From the NCBI GenBank assembly GCA_964019425.1, contig OZ025787.1:868001-932000 (forward strand): DNA of 64,000 nucleotides, in the 5' to 3' direction. Of the stretch, positions 49,926 through 62,484 are shown in pieces. The number at the start of each line of letters is the position of its first letter. Positions within the stretch are counted from its first letter, which is position 1. The notes under the pieces are model-generated. The model saw nothing but the letters and a program-made list of their open reading frames with translations, searched no databases and was not told the DNA's origin. The DNA is from Flectonema sp. DT1601 (taxonomy: Eukaryota). Both the position numbers and the translations under genes were made by a program.

Positions 49926-51511
49926 TTAAGAAGAAGAATTAGGAATAATCAAAACGACAGACATGTTATCAGTTCCAACACCATCATCCGTTATTTCAGG
50001 AGCCAGACACTGAGTACAGAGCTGGTTGATAACATCTGATGGTGGTAATTCCTGTGAGAGTCTCGAATAAACAAAATCAACAACTTCCTGAGAAGACATA
50101 CAATCCCAGATACCATCACAAGCTTGAATTAAAAAGTTATCATCAGCCTTGCGTTCAGTCACAGTGACATCAGGAGACGGGGACACAGCCTGAGCTGCTT
50201 GAGAAAGACTACCCGCTTGTTTAAAATCAAAGTCACCTATGGCTCTAGAGACGGCTAATATACCCTCAACTCTTCCTTCAATAACACGACCTCCTGCGGC
50301 TACGACTCGTTTTCCTTCGCGAGGAGAGTCAGGTTTGTGATCTCTACTGAGATCTAGTGCCTTACCAGATCGTGAAAGCACACATCTACTATCCCCAGCA
50401 TTAGCTGTAATGTAATGAGATTTTGTGTAGAGTAGAAGATTAGCTGTTGTTCCACAACCTCCACACTGTTCAGCTTTAACTTCAGATTCAACCAAATCAT
50501 CAATTGATAAAAATGATTGAGCGACAGCTTCCTGAAATTTCTCAGATAAGAGTACCTCTGGAGTAGGTTGATAATCAGTTAAACATTTATTAATAACATT
50601 CACAAAATGTAAACCAACGAAATCAGATACTTTATCACCACCATGTCCGTCTAGGACACATGACACAGCAATGTCAGTATTGTTTTCAAGAGAACCAGCA
50701 ATGCATATTGCGTCTTCGTTGTTTACACGCCATCCTTGCATTGATGCGTGGAAAGCTTTACTCATGTCAAACAGATTCCATGATGCAGATTCGATGTCTG
50801 CGATAGGATCATCGAGAAAGGATCCTACCGTGTTGAAAATAGTCTCAAGCATATTGTCTAAAACCTCAGCTTCACCCTCCGTACAAAATCTGTCGTATCG
50901 ATAATTATAAAAACAGCGTTCGTAATCACTCATGTCCGAACACAGAGCTATATGATCTTCCGGGTTCTCTTTGTGATATATTAAAGCTTGTTCTTGTGAG
51001 AATGATTTTAAAGACTTAATAAAAAGCCTCTCAGCCGGTCGAACATTCGTATTGTGGCAGTGATGAAAGAGTTTATTAAACCCCATAGTGTCCTCCTGTT
51101 GATATGTTTTTTTAAATATTTATTATTAAAACAGTAGTCGGAATGACTTCGGAATTTGAAGGTTTTCCGTAAATAAAGTCCTACACATACATTGTGAGAT
51201 GAAATCATTTCGTGTATAACAGCCGGGTCTGTTTCCCCCTCGATGTCAACAGATGCTGGAGCTGGTTGCGCACTTGAAGTATGCAATCTAACATCAGGTG
51301 GTGTTGTAAGGGTCGTATATGAGCGATTTCTCACTGCACGTGCCTGTGTTTTTAAAACTTGATGACTACCGATGAGGACACTAAATAACGTGTGTATATC
51401 AATAACAAAAAAAATACACACATTTGCGTCATCCGCTGGTGGTGATAGCGGCCTCAGAGATGGTGAGCCACTCGCGCACGGACTATCAGGATCGATTTTA
51501 GGCGGTGGCAT
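49926..51511 (-). CDS. Protein phosphatase 2C (PPM family), ~470 aa; exons 51511-51422, 51343-51191, 51095-49926
   Basis: Motifs SMQGWRVNNEDA, DGHGG, ANAGDSR, DHKP, SRAIGD, ACDGIWD and DNMS. Introns are 51096-51190 and probably 51344-51421 (the latter is in frame, so less certain). Confidence 0.92.
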
Positions 51512-52057
51512 AATAATATTTTTCTTTTTTTTTTAAAAATGTCAGCAGTTGTATGGCACAAACAGGGTTAAATACCGTCCTCCCCACCCCCCTATTTTAT
51601 AAAATAAAAAAAGTAACAATATAAAAACAAAGGTTAATAGCTTCCCTAGCAATACAATCGCATTGAACTCATCGATTGACAACCTTGTTGAAAGAAAAAA
51701 AAAGAACACTGAGAGATCCTATTTAAATACCAATAAAAAAGATGAAAAAGACTATCATAGTCTCTTTTGATTATATAATTACTCAAACAGGTTAGTTCGT
51801 AAAATTTTGAAATTTAGGTTTTTTCCTACAAGTCTTGTATGATAATAAAATAATTTTTATAATAAAGCCTTCCTGTCATTATTGCGTACGGGATTTTACA
51901 GATCCTACTACCATGTGTTCTTTGTTAGACTTAACAACAGGGGTTAGTTTGGTACAAAAAAAAAAAAAAAAAAAAAAACCATTCATTAATCTGAATAGTT
52001 TTTTTTTTTTTTTTTCTCCGACTTCCGTTACTGGGCATTTATATTTTGTAAAGATTA

Positions 52058-52900
52058 CTATGTAGATCCAACAGCCATTTCGTGATCAAGTGTCGGTGTC
52101 GGAGGCTTGCTGTCCCAAACACTGTTTTTAAGTTTGTTTAATTCATCTTTTGGAAAGTTCATGAAACACATATCAGAAAAACAGTCTGAATGAAGAGGAT
52201 ATGTATCAAGAGCAATTATCTGCATTGCCGGTTCCAACCGACGCATGCACTCAGTTGACTTACGAGCAGACGCATTAAATGCGTTTAGTAAGTAATTCCG
52301 AAGTGAGTTACCAATAATTGTAATATTTGATAATTGTGAGGAATCCCAATTAGAGATAAGAAGATTAGCGTACAAACTTCTACAGCAATGAGGCATATAA
52401 AATATTGTGTAGACTGAAGGATCATTGCATTCTATTTTACCTTCGTCATTTACAGTGAGGGGAGTCATTTGAAATGATTTTAGTAAATCGATATCAGTTT
52501 CAGAAAAAACTGGATCATATACATCTATCGTAGCATCTGATAAAGTATCCAACAGTAAACAAAGCAATGCGAATTGATGTCTAGATCCAACGTACCTACA
52601 AGGAGAACCAAGACCCAGACACACAATTCGTATTTTTTTTCCTTCCTGAGAATCTATGAGGGTTTTAAGTTGAGATAGTTGTTCTTGTGCATATTTTATT
52701 TTTTTTATTTCCTTTTTTATACCTTTGATCATCCCTGCTGCTGCTGAACTTGTCAACTCCTTTCCCACAAGTTGTTGTCCATGTGCTCTCTGATCATTAT
52801 ATACTTCAGATACGGAACTTAGTCCTGTTTTTTTGTATCGGACCCTACCCCTGGATCTATGTCCCACTACTAGCTTGAATTCATTGTCACTATTTGTCAT
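52058..52900 (-). CDS. SRRD: SRR1-domain protein
   Basis: Motifs CLGLGSP, YDPVFS, FYMPHC...LY.NLL and IIGNS. Likely start is MTNSDNEF at 52900. Confidence 0.85.
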   Translation of the reverse strand: MTNSDNEFKLVVGHRSRGRVRYKKTGLSSVSEVYNDQRAHGQQLVGKELTSSAAAGMIKGIKKEIKKIKYAQEQLSQLKTLIDSQEGKKIRIVCLGLGSPCRYVGSRHQFALLCLLLDTLSDATIDVYDPVFSETDIDLLKSFQMTPLTVNDEGKIECNDPSVYTIFYMPHCCRSLYANLLISNWDSSQLSNITIIGNSLRNYLLNAFNASARKSTECMRRLEPAMQIIALDTYPLHSDCFSDMCFMNFPKDELNKLKNSVWDSKPPTPTLDHEMAVGST

Positions 52901-53815
52901 ATTTTTTATATACTGAGAGAGAGTGCTTTTAACGCTAAGTAGAAATATATCTAACACGTGAAACTGAACAAGTCTGTCTGATGTATTCCATTTTTCTGAT
53001 TTGAAAATAGGTACAATAAAAATATTCATCACTCTTTTCCCTGAATTAGTATCGCAGCGACGAATAACAGAAACTTCTCTCTGTGTTGTCTCGGTTGTGG
53101 GTTATGTCTCCAATTTTCATATTTTTTTCTTTTTCGTTTTTTTCTCGGATTCTCTCTCTCTCTCTCTCTCTTTTTTTTTTTTTTTTTTCCCATCTCCATT
53201 TTATTTTCTTTAATATTTACCCACCGATGTCCACTCCCAGGTGGCGTAATGGTTTCCCATGTTAATAACATTAATTGAACTACAAGGTTGTGTTTGAGGT
53301 TTCAGAAATAAGGACCACAACTAATAATTCAACTGAAGGTCGCAACAACTTAAAGACTAGTGCTGTAGTACTCTCATGTCACTCGATGAGGTGCTTTAAA
53401 CTTAAATTTAATTTTTTTTTATTAAAACCTAACGTCCTGTGAGTCTCTTCTTCTTCTTCTTCTTTTTTTTTTTTTCCTTAAAGTTACAGCGAACTCGGTT
53501 TTTATTTCGGTCAACAATTATGAACAAAACAATTGCTAATCACAGTCGTACAACGCAACAGATACGTCAATGTGACAGATGTACCGTAAACACTGATTTC
53601 TTATCATTTATTTCTTCTCATGTAATTTTCAACTAATCAGAACATATAAAAAAGGGGGGGGTGGACCTCATCTCATCCAAGCAGAGGAATCGGTCTTATG
53701 CAGTGCCCAAGCACGCAAAGGAGAAAGAGAATCAAAGGGATCGAATAAATGAACGTACAAAACAGATAATTAAGTTTGATCGGTTAACGAAGAGGAGAAA
53801 GAACGTCGTGGGTGA

Positions 53816-56800
53816 TCATTCAGCAAGAGGAGCAGTTTGAGTTTGCGCTTTTGAAGGTGCGAGTGCCTTTTTTTTTTTTTTTTTTTTTTTGTAAATCTCG
53901 ACTTTAAAAACAAAAACAAAACAAAACATCACAATTACATACCTCTAACCATTGAGTTACTTTTTCAGGCTTATGCACCTGAAGGAAGAAATTGGTTTCC
54001 TGCTTCCTCTCAAGACCACCCTTTTGGATGATTGACCTCACAAAATCTATTAACTCTTTGTACATAGAATCGTACACCTGTTTGGTTAGATTTATGAATA
54101 ATATGAATTGAATTAGTGGATACTATAAAAGTAAATAAGAAACAAACATTATGAACAATATCCCTTACAGGGTTAAATAATACGTCCATGGTGTAGTTAT
54201 TGGATAGGTAAAACCTCATCTTAGTTAACAACATTGGGAGCGCCTCTTCAAGAAGTCCCTGCATTACGGCATGGTAGGCAGTGAGGACTTGTTGAAGTTT
54301 CTCAACTCCCTTGGAGTACATCTTACTGAGGTGTTGTTGTTGTTGTTGCTGCAGTTGTTGTTGTTGTTGTGGTGGTGGTTGAGGATGGGCGCTGCCATTT
54401 CCGTTTCCATTCCCGTTGCCATTTTGTTGAGGTGCTTCAGGGGTTGAAACTGGCGCTGGTACTGGAGCAGGTGTCGGAGCTGGAATTGGAGCTGGAACAC
54501 CGTCAGCACCGGGATTGCCCTCAGGAGTAGGCGCAGGCACAGGGACTGGCACAGGCACGCTCGGCATACCCTCCGGTGCAGGAATCGTCGGCGCTGGGAC
54601 CCCCTCTGGAGTCGGTGCACCTTCCGGCTTTGGCACAGGTACTCCCTCAGGCGCCGGTGCTGCCTCTGGTGCTGGCACATCAGACTTCTTAACTTCTACT
54701 GGTGTCTTGTCGACACTTCTCTGCGCATCAACATGTGCTTTAATACCTCCAACAACAGCACCAATAGTATCTATAACTTGTGATACTGGTGTGTTTAATG
54801 GATCTGAAGACCTCTCCTTTAAGATTTTACGAAACGACTCGGCAGGTGATGCCGCATAACGAGAAGCGATTCTAATGAATTCCTTACAGACATCGTGTAA
54901 CTCCTGCTCGAGATTCTTCTTCGTATCGACGAGTGTCGATGCGAGTGATATTTCGTGAAAGCGAATGTTTGTAAAATCGACGTGCTTTTCAGTCACTTGA
55001 AAATCAACATCAAAAGGACTGATTTGCTCTCTCAACTGCAACAGGTGCATTACTAAAAATAATTTAGCATCTAACATCGGAACTCGTAACATAGCCCTTG
55101 GGACTCCTTCAATAATATTTGAGGCCTGCTCAAGAGTAGCAGTGCAAGCTCTGATTGCCTCCTGTGCTAGTGTAGTAAAAACACCTTTATCCACTACTTT
55201 GTATACCCAACTCAAGAGGTTAAGAGTATTTTGTAAAGCAGGAAAGTATGCAGTCTGCCTCTGTCGCAGACCTACTGGGGCTTCATCCCCAGGACCACCC
55301 TCACGAGCAACTGTTGTTGAAGAGTTGTTTATTTGAGCAGCGTTTGCTGCTTCTTTTGCATGTTCATTTTCACTTTTAGCAGAACCCTTTCTAGTAGTCA
55401 TACTTGGCTCATGAGTGTATTGCAGACACTCTTGCTGTGTAAAGTTACAAGGTCTGATAACATCTTTAATGTACATTGACACTCTAAATATTAATCGCTC
55501 TTGTGCATCCTGACACATATGACTGAGAGTAGAGGCTAAGAGTTGACCAGCTTCACCAGATGCTTGAAGCTTTGATAAAATACTATTATTAAGAGAGTGA
55601 ATCACATTGCAAAGAACTTGTAAATCTTCTTCGATGATAACGCTGCCTCGGAAACCATCGTACAGCACAAGTGAGACAGAATCGATGATGGATTTCGCAG
55701 CAACCATCTTACTATCATCTTTCCAGATATGCCTAAAGAGATCTGCTTCATCCGCAGCAAGAGCTAAAAGATATGTAGTTCCATGACCAATCATATCCTC
55801 AAGGTTCTTATCGATTGTTAAATGAGGTGCCATAAAATCAGTAAAGATAGGAGTCAGTATACTTAATCTTGCTAAAATGTATGAATCAACAACGTCTTGT
55901 AAAAAGACAGCTGTTTCAGTTGTCGTACGAGATTTCAATGAATCAATAAGAGGTATTGTATCATGTAATTTACCTCTAAACTCAACACTAAGTATTGATC
56001 CAATACCAAAGAGACCAGGAGTAACACCTCCAGCAACAGATAATTCTTCAAGTGTGCTGTCCATTCCTGTAGGTTTCTCATCAACACTTATTTGAGACGA
56101 GTCTAACTGCGAAGTCTGCTGCTCTGCACCAAACCATCTACGTTTTGTAGCAGTTCGTTCTTTGACTGCTTTAAAACGAGAATCTTCCTTTACAGAAGCT
56201 GTAACTTCACTAATTGAAGTCATACATGCATCACGCAGTAAGACCAAAGCTTTTTGGTATGTCACATGCATCCTGCTTAAGTATTGGGTTGCAGATTTAA
56301 ATTGCCTATTATTTGATAAAAATGACATCGTGGTATCCATGTCAGAAAGTAATTCTCTAAATGTCGATGATCTTGGATCTAGAACAGGAGAACTAAACGC
56401 GTTACTTAGTCGGTCAACAGTTGCAAAGTGTTGTAAGCGGTACTCGATGCCTTGACACAACTGATGACAGCTTTCAGCGTTTGTTATTAAGGCGGATGCG
56501 TTTGAGGATAGGAACGTACTTTGTTGTTTAACTGCATCATTGATTTCAATTAGACTGCAAAGTTTCTTATTTAACGTATTGATTTCACCAGTTAAAGAAT
56601 CAGAGTGTAACATCCAATATTGAACTTTTCCTAACCAACGCCTAACTCGTTCTTTGTGACCAGCAACACCTGTGTCGGTAACTTCGGGTTGATTACCAAT
56701 TGATTTACAGTCGTACGGAACTACAGCGATTTCTGGTTCAGCTAATGCTCTGTAGTATTCATTCGCTGTTGTTGCTGTTAGTAGTGGATGTGATTTCTTA

Positions 56801-56946
56801 CTGGTGCCTTCTATCGATTTCTTCTCTTGTGTTGCACTCGAATCACTTAGATGAGCTGGTTGTGGTCTAGTACGGCATCCATCTTCAACCTTTGCCAACG
56901 CCCGCTGAACCTCATCATCAACTTCAAGCGAAAGAAGCAGCGACAT
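53816..56946 (-). CDS. COG3: Conserved oligomeric Golgi complex subunit 3 (Sec34); exons 56946-54148, 54077-53943, 53866-53816
   Basis: Motifs CQDAQERLIFR and LFLVMHLLQLREQISPFDVDF. Introns 54078-54147 and 53867-53942 extend the C-terminus in frame. Confidence 0.88.
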
Positions 56947-57288
56947 GTAATGCTATTGCCCCTCCCTGTTAGAAATAATTGTTTAATTCTTTTTGTATCA
57001 ACTTCAGTATTTATATAAACATTAAAGAAAAATGTTTATAGTTTTTCAAGAAGGTGTAAAAGTTTCAAAGAGTTATTTTTTTTAAAAAAAAAAAAAAAAT
57101 GAGAGATTGGCCTTCGAGGCGTAAAAGTAAATGTCAAATATGTGCAATAAATGCACTACAATGGTATAACAGCTTAGTACCTTCAAGTGGAGGTAACTAA
57201 AATAAAACGAAAGACAAGTTTCTGTCAAGTTGACGATGAGAGATGGATCACTAGAAGAAGTGAATTAAATAAATAAATATACTTCTAA

Positions 57289-59703
57289 TCATTCGTTTGA
57301 GAGTTTGCTGCAGTTGCCGTGAACATTGACAACGACAGGTACAATAGCAGCATCGCTCAGTAAAGGATCTCCGCTACCTGTGGGAGTAATTGATTTGCTT
57401 TGATTAGATTTTCGTTTACTGAATTGCGTTGGATGTGAAACATCTGAAGCCGCCCCTGTGAAGTCAGCCAATAAACTTCGATCTATCCGATTGCTGTTCT
57501 CCTTTTCAACAGTTGATTTACATGACTTAGTTTGTAATGAGTATCTCTTAATGAGTCCTAGACCATGTGGTTGTTGTTTAATATTTTCAATTTCACTTTC
57601 AGCAGATGATTCCGACTGACGCACGAGGACCTTCGGTCGAGTTGCTAAGAAGCCCTCATATCGTGGCTTACTTGTATTTCCTGTTTCTCGTTTCTGATGA
57701 TTCGACGAATTATTAACCACGCGAGTGTTTGTAATTTCCTGAAGATGTGAAGATGACAACTTCAGGTCAGCTGATGGCTTTTTTTGTTCCGAAGTATATT
57801 CATCATAGCACTGCCATCTCTTAGCAGGAAGTGTGTTAGTTCTTCCCGCATTAGTTTCTGTTTGACTTTCAAGTGACTGAACTGGACGATGCTCTACTCC
57901 AGTACTTGACGTCTGAACAGGTTGATCAGAGTAACAATATTCTCTAACTGCATTAGGATGCATCTCCTGTTGCTGTTCATAATGAACAGCATTAGATTGA
58001 TCGCAGTAATTGAATTGTTGTTGATGATCTGTCATGTTGTAGTCACAACCGTATGACGGAGAGGTATTATTATATCTGTACTGTGTATTCACTACTTCTG
58101 AAGGGATTTGATAAGAAACAGCCGGGATAGGACTACAGCAATTCCCACAACGACTCTGACTTTCATATAAATAAGACTGAGAAGTAGTAGTTGGATAATT
58201 ACTAGTAGTGTATCTCCTACTCATTTGGTGACATGTCCTTTTGCTATTAAAATACTGACCAAATGTTAGGACAGTAGGAACGTCATCACGTGGTGGTTCA
58301 TAATGAGAGTACTGTGAGAGTTGATAAATAGAACCTTCCCTTCCATGTAGAATCTGATTATTATCTTGTTGGTAATTAGGTACTGGTACTAATTGAGGAA
58401 GATTACCAGCACTCTTGGAGTGTGTTTCTGATACCGACAATGATCTAACGGCTTCATTTCCCAAACCACTTGCTTCTGAACTTTGTTTCCCACGAACTGA
58501 ATGCTCACTATTCTCACTCTTCCCCGAAACACAATCGTCACTCGATAAGGGACTCGTTTGTAGGTCATCAGGTGTCGTTGTTTTGATATCATTCACTAGG
58601 CCATAAGAACTGACTGGAGAAATATCGTCAACCGGTTGAAGTGGAGAGTAATCTCCATAATACTGGTCCAGATGTGGATGTAAAGGGGGAAGAGGAGGGG
58701 AAGGGACATGTTGGCTATTATGATAGAATGGTGTTGAAGATCTTTGAGCAACTGTTGTATACATTGTATCAACATCTTGATACATATCAGTAGCAGGGAG
58801 TAAACTTACATAAGGATTGAAAGCAGCAGTTCTACTTCCTCGATTCATGCCATCAGACAACAGTCCCGGAGGTGAGTTGTAATAAGTCTGCTGTTCATAC
58901 CGACCTTCGGGGGGTGTTTGAGTGGATCCCAAGTTGTATAGTATCGGCTGCGTTTGTTCACCGGATGTATTTGCCGTTGGAACTGTTGTCTCAGCACCAG
59001 TTGGGTAATAGCAAGCGTGAAGATCGAGTACGGAATACTTCCTTTCACCGTGCTGCTGTTGTTGTTGTTGCTGTTGTTGCTGTTGCTGTTGTTGTTGTTG
59101 TTGCTGTTGTTGTTGTTGTTGCTTAGCCTTTTGCTCTTCAACGAAGACACCAAACAATTTTGTTGGGCATCTTGGCGGTGTCAGACTTCGGTGATAGTGG
59201 ATAGGATACGCATCGTCCGAAATGTGAATTTTGCGACACTTCTCACGGTACCAACAATCATGAAATGATACCTGTCTTGGACATATAACACCACAACCAT
59301 TATGAATACCTGCAGTAACATAAACATCTTGTGATGCAAAGAAATAGCTACCGCTGGATGCGAACTTTCCTGGAATCTCTCCATCTACTCCAACACAGAT
59401 AATTTCACCAGCCTTCAGCTTGTGTCCTCCGGTGAGCACAGGCCGTGGCGTTGGTTGCGGTGCATTCACGGATTTTTTGTTATATTTTCCCAGATCAGTA
59501 ACATGTACAAAAATACACTTTTTCCCCCATGAGCACTTCCCCTGTAGTAAACTCTGACACAACGGCCTATTTGCACTGAAGTCTTCTGCGTGAGTAACGC
59601 CCTTTGTGATAAACACAACCTCCGATGGGAACTCATACTGAGCAATGCATTCTCCGCCACACAGTTCTTGGCAGAGAACTATTCCTCCGGAAGAGTGAAG
59701 CAT
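57289..59703 (-). CDS. CCCH zinc-finger protein with polyQ and a long disordered tail, 804 aa
   Basis: CQSLLQGKCSWGKKCIFVH and CPRQVSFHDCWYREKCRKIH; Q-run at ~59052-59121. Confidence 0.82.
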   Translation of the reverse strand: MLHSSGGIVLCQELCGGECIAQYEFPSEVVFITKGVTHAEDFSANRPLCQSLLQGKCSWGKKCIFVHVTDLGKYNKKSVNAPQPTPRPVLTGGHKLKAGEIICVGVDGEIPGKFASSGSYFFASQDVYVTAGIHNGCGVICPRQVSFHDCWYREKCRKIHISDDAYPIHYHRSLTPPRCPTKLFGVFVEEQKAKQQQQQQQQQQQQQQQQQQQQQQQHGERKYSVLDLHACYYPTGAETTVPTANTSGEQTQPILYNLGSTQTPPEGRYEQQTYYNSPPGLLSDGMNRGSRTAAFNPYVSLLPATDMYQDVDTMYTTVAQRSSTPFYHNSQHVPSPPLPPLHPHLDQYYGDYSPLQPVDDISPVSSYGLVNDIKTTTPDDLQTSPLSSDDCVSGKSENSEHSVRGKQSSEASGLGNEAVRSLSVSETHSKSAGNLPQLVPVPNYQQDNNQILHGREGSIYQLSQYSHYEPPRDDVPTVLTFGQYFNSKRTCHQMSRRYTTSNYPTTTSQSYLYESQSRCGNCCSPIPAVSYQIPSEVVNTQYRYNNTSPSYGCDYNMTDHQQQFNYCDQSNAVHYEQQQEMHPNAVREYCYSDQPVQTSSTGVEHRPVQSLESQTETNAGRTNTLPAKRWQCYDEYTSEQKKPSADLKLSSSHLQEITNTRVVNNSSNHQKRETGNTSKPRYEGFLATRPKVLVRQSESSAESEIENIKQQPHGLGLIKRYSLQTKSCKSTVEKENSNRIDRSLLADFTGAASDVSHPTQFSKRKSNQSKSITPTGSGDPLLSDAAIVPVVVNVHGNCSKLSNE

Positions 59704-62450
59704 TCTTAGTGACTAGTGCAACTGTGAGATGTAAAATAATTATTATATTGTGACTTAACTGAATATAAATCGCTTATTAAGTTGCGTCAGTACCTAACGA
59801 TTTCTCTGATTTCAGTGATGGTTTGTGTTACCTGTGTAGGTTAAAAGAATGCATTTCTGAGTGATATTTTGTTGTCGTTTATGCCACCTATTTATTTTTT
59901 AAAGTTTTAGGATAATACTGTCTTTTTCTGTTCTTAAATAAAAGAATAAAAAAAAGAGAAAAGAAAGAAGAAAAAAAAGAAAAAAAAAGGAATTTTTAAT
60001 GTTATAACTAGGGGAGGGTCTTTCTCTGTATCCCTCTCCTTTTTCTCCCCAAGAGTTGTTATTTTTCTTTTTATTTGTTGTTGGTCGTGTTATCACTTTT
60101 TTCTTTTTTTTTTTCCCCCTCATCTTTTTATTAATTCCTTCTTCCTTTTGCAGGGTTTTTCCTTACGTGTTTTTTTTTTTGGTTTTTGGTTTTGTTTTTT
60201 TTTTTTGTTGGCTTTTTTTTTTTTTTTGTTTTTTTTTTTTTTTCCATTTTTATTTAGTATATTTGTTCCCGATTATTTTTTGTTTTTTCTCTTGCTAGGG
60301 TGGGAAGAGGACCTCATCTGGCGCAACACACTGAGCCACAAGTATGTGTGACTGGGTGCAAGGATGACCCTATCAAGTCACTCCACAGTCAGCGCAAGTG
60401 GGGAGACTGGTGTCTATGTGAATGGGCATGTGAGTGAATGGATCCTTGGCATATTGACGTTAAGTCTAGTGTAAGATAAGCACATCGGGGGAAAGATAAG
60501 GTTTTTTTTTTTTTTTTTTTTTTGATATTTGAACGTCACCTCTCCCCCCCCATCCTTCTTTTTATTTTTTTTCTTTCCAAAGTATTCTATTTGTATGCAA
60601 GAGTATCTCTCGCGTAATGCACCCTCTCCCCTTTTAGTGGTTGAACAAAGTAAACCCATATCTCAATATCTCATCGCGGAATACACCAGAAAATGCCCGA
60701 AGCTAGAGCATGTGGGCTGCATTATCTCATTGTTAATAATTTTTTCCATATTTTTCCACGCCCCTCCGCGGCATTTTCTGATTTCCGATATGCTACAATA
60801 AAAAAACAAAAACAAAATGCAAAGAAAGAAAGAAAGAAAAAAAAGAATAATACATCCCACTACAAAAAGGATGACCACTCACAGTACTTCACTTCACTAA
60901 TCACTACGATATATGTGTAATCATATTATTGCCTGTGGATGCATACTCGCACTGGGGAAAACATTTTTTTTTTTTTTTTTTTTTTTTTTAATTCCTTAGT
61001 TCGTTTCGTTTTCTTCTCATCATGGGTTTTTCTTACAGTTAAAATTTAAAAAAAAAAAAAAAGGGTTCAGTTCATCAACATTGAACTCCCTATTATTGTT
61101 TTCATCATTTTTTTTTTTTTTTTTTTTGCCTTCTTTTTTTTTTTTTTTTTTTTTTAGAATTAGGAATTAGGTAATCGGGTGCGGGTAGGGGTTATTTTTT
61201 ATTTATTTTTTTTTTTTTTTTTTTTTGTCCTCACCCCCTTCTCCGTGCTTTAAATTCTTAGCCAAGAAACATTAGAGCAGGATCGGAAGAACACGTGTTA
61301 TATCCTTCCCATACCATAGAGGAGTACACTTCAGGTATCCGAAGCTTGCGTGCAAACGTTATTTTATTCAAAGGTTTGTAAACAACTTATATAAAGGGGA
61401 AGGAATTGGGTAGCAAAGTGAATGGGGAAAGGCTGAGGGCGACCCGGAGCTTGAGTGCCGTGCTCGTTAAATGCATCCCGACTCAAATTCTTATTTACTA
61501 TTCGCTTACATTTTTTTTTCTCCTTTTTTTTTTTTTTTTTTTTTTTCTTTCCTCTTCTTTTTCCTTATTAATACAACACATTTTATTAAATATAAAAATA
61601 CAATTTCGTCAAATCCCACGACTGCCACTCAGCTAACTAACAACTTATTTTCTGCTAGATCCACTAGCAATATTACTTTCGTTGTGCAATGACTTACATT
61701 CTATGTTAAGTGTCATTTCAGCATGATAGATGCCAAGTCAAGATGTGTTGTAATTATATAATAAAATAACTAGCAATGTTCCAGCCAACACGTGAACAAG
61801 TATCAAGGGACTGGATGAACGGCTAACAATGAATTGTGAGAAAGGACGATTCTGAAGAATTCAGAGAGAGAGAAAAAAGAAATCGCAACGCAATGCAACA
61901 TCTCACGGGGAATGGGTAGTAGTCGTCAGAAATATGGGGATCAGCTATCAAATGAGGTGGGGGCTAATAAAGCGTCAAAAAAGAAAGGAAAACGGCTCGC
62001 AGATTGGGGGCAGAGGGTGTTGACAAAGTGAAAGACAGCACTTAAGAAAAAAGACAGTTGACTTTTTCATTCATCAGATCCTTCGTTTATTTTTTTTTTT
62101 CTTTCCCCACAACCAGAACCTACCACGAGAACTACGTACACCCCTCATAACACGCATAGCCTACAGAATCATTCTTAGGCTAACTACTTGCTATGACGAG
62201 AACTTATAATCGACATCCTCGCAAGGTATAATAAAACGCAAAGAATGAGTCCATAGTCTCGAAAAAAAATAAACTATATCACCTGTGGTAGACGAACAAC
62301 CTACCAATCCGGGGGGTTTTTTGTTTAGATTACTGGTGGTACAATGCACATAGAAATCTATGATCAACCCGTAACATGTTTTTTTACTAACAATTGACTG
62401 AAAGAAGAGACTTTGTCTCGAAAATTTGCTTTTAGATATTGTGGGTAATA

Positions 62451-62484
<34 letters not shown>

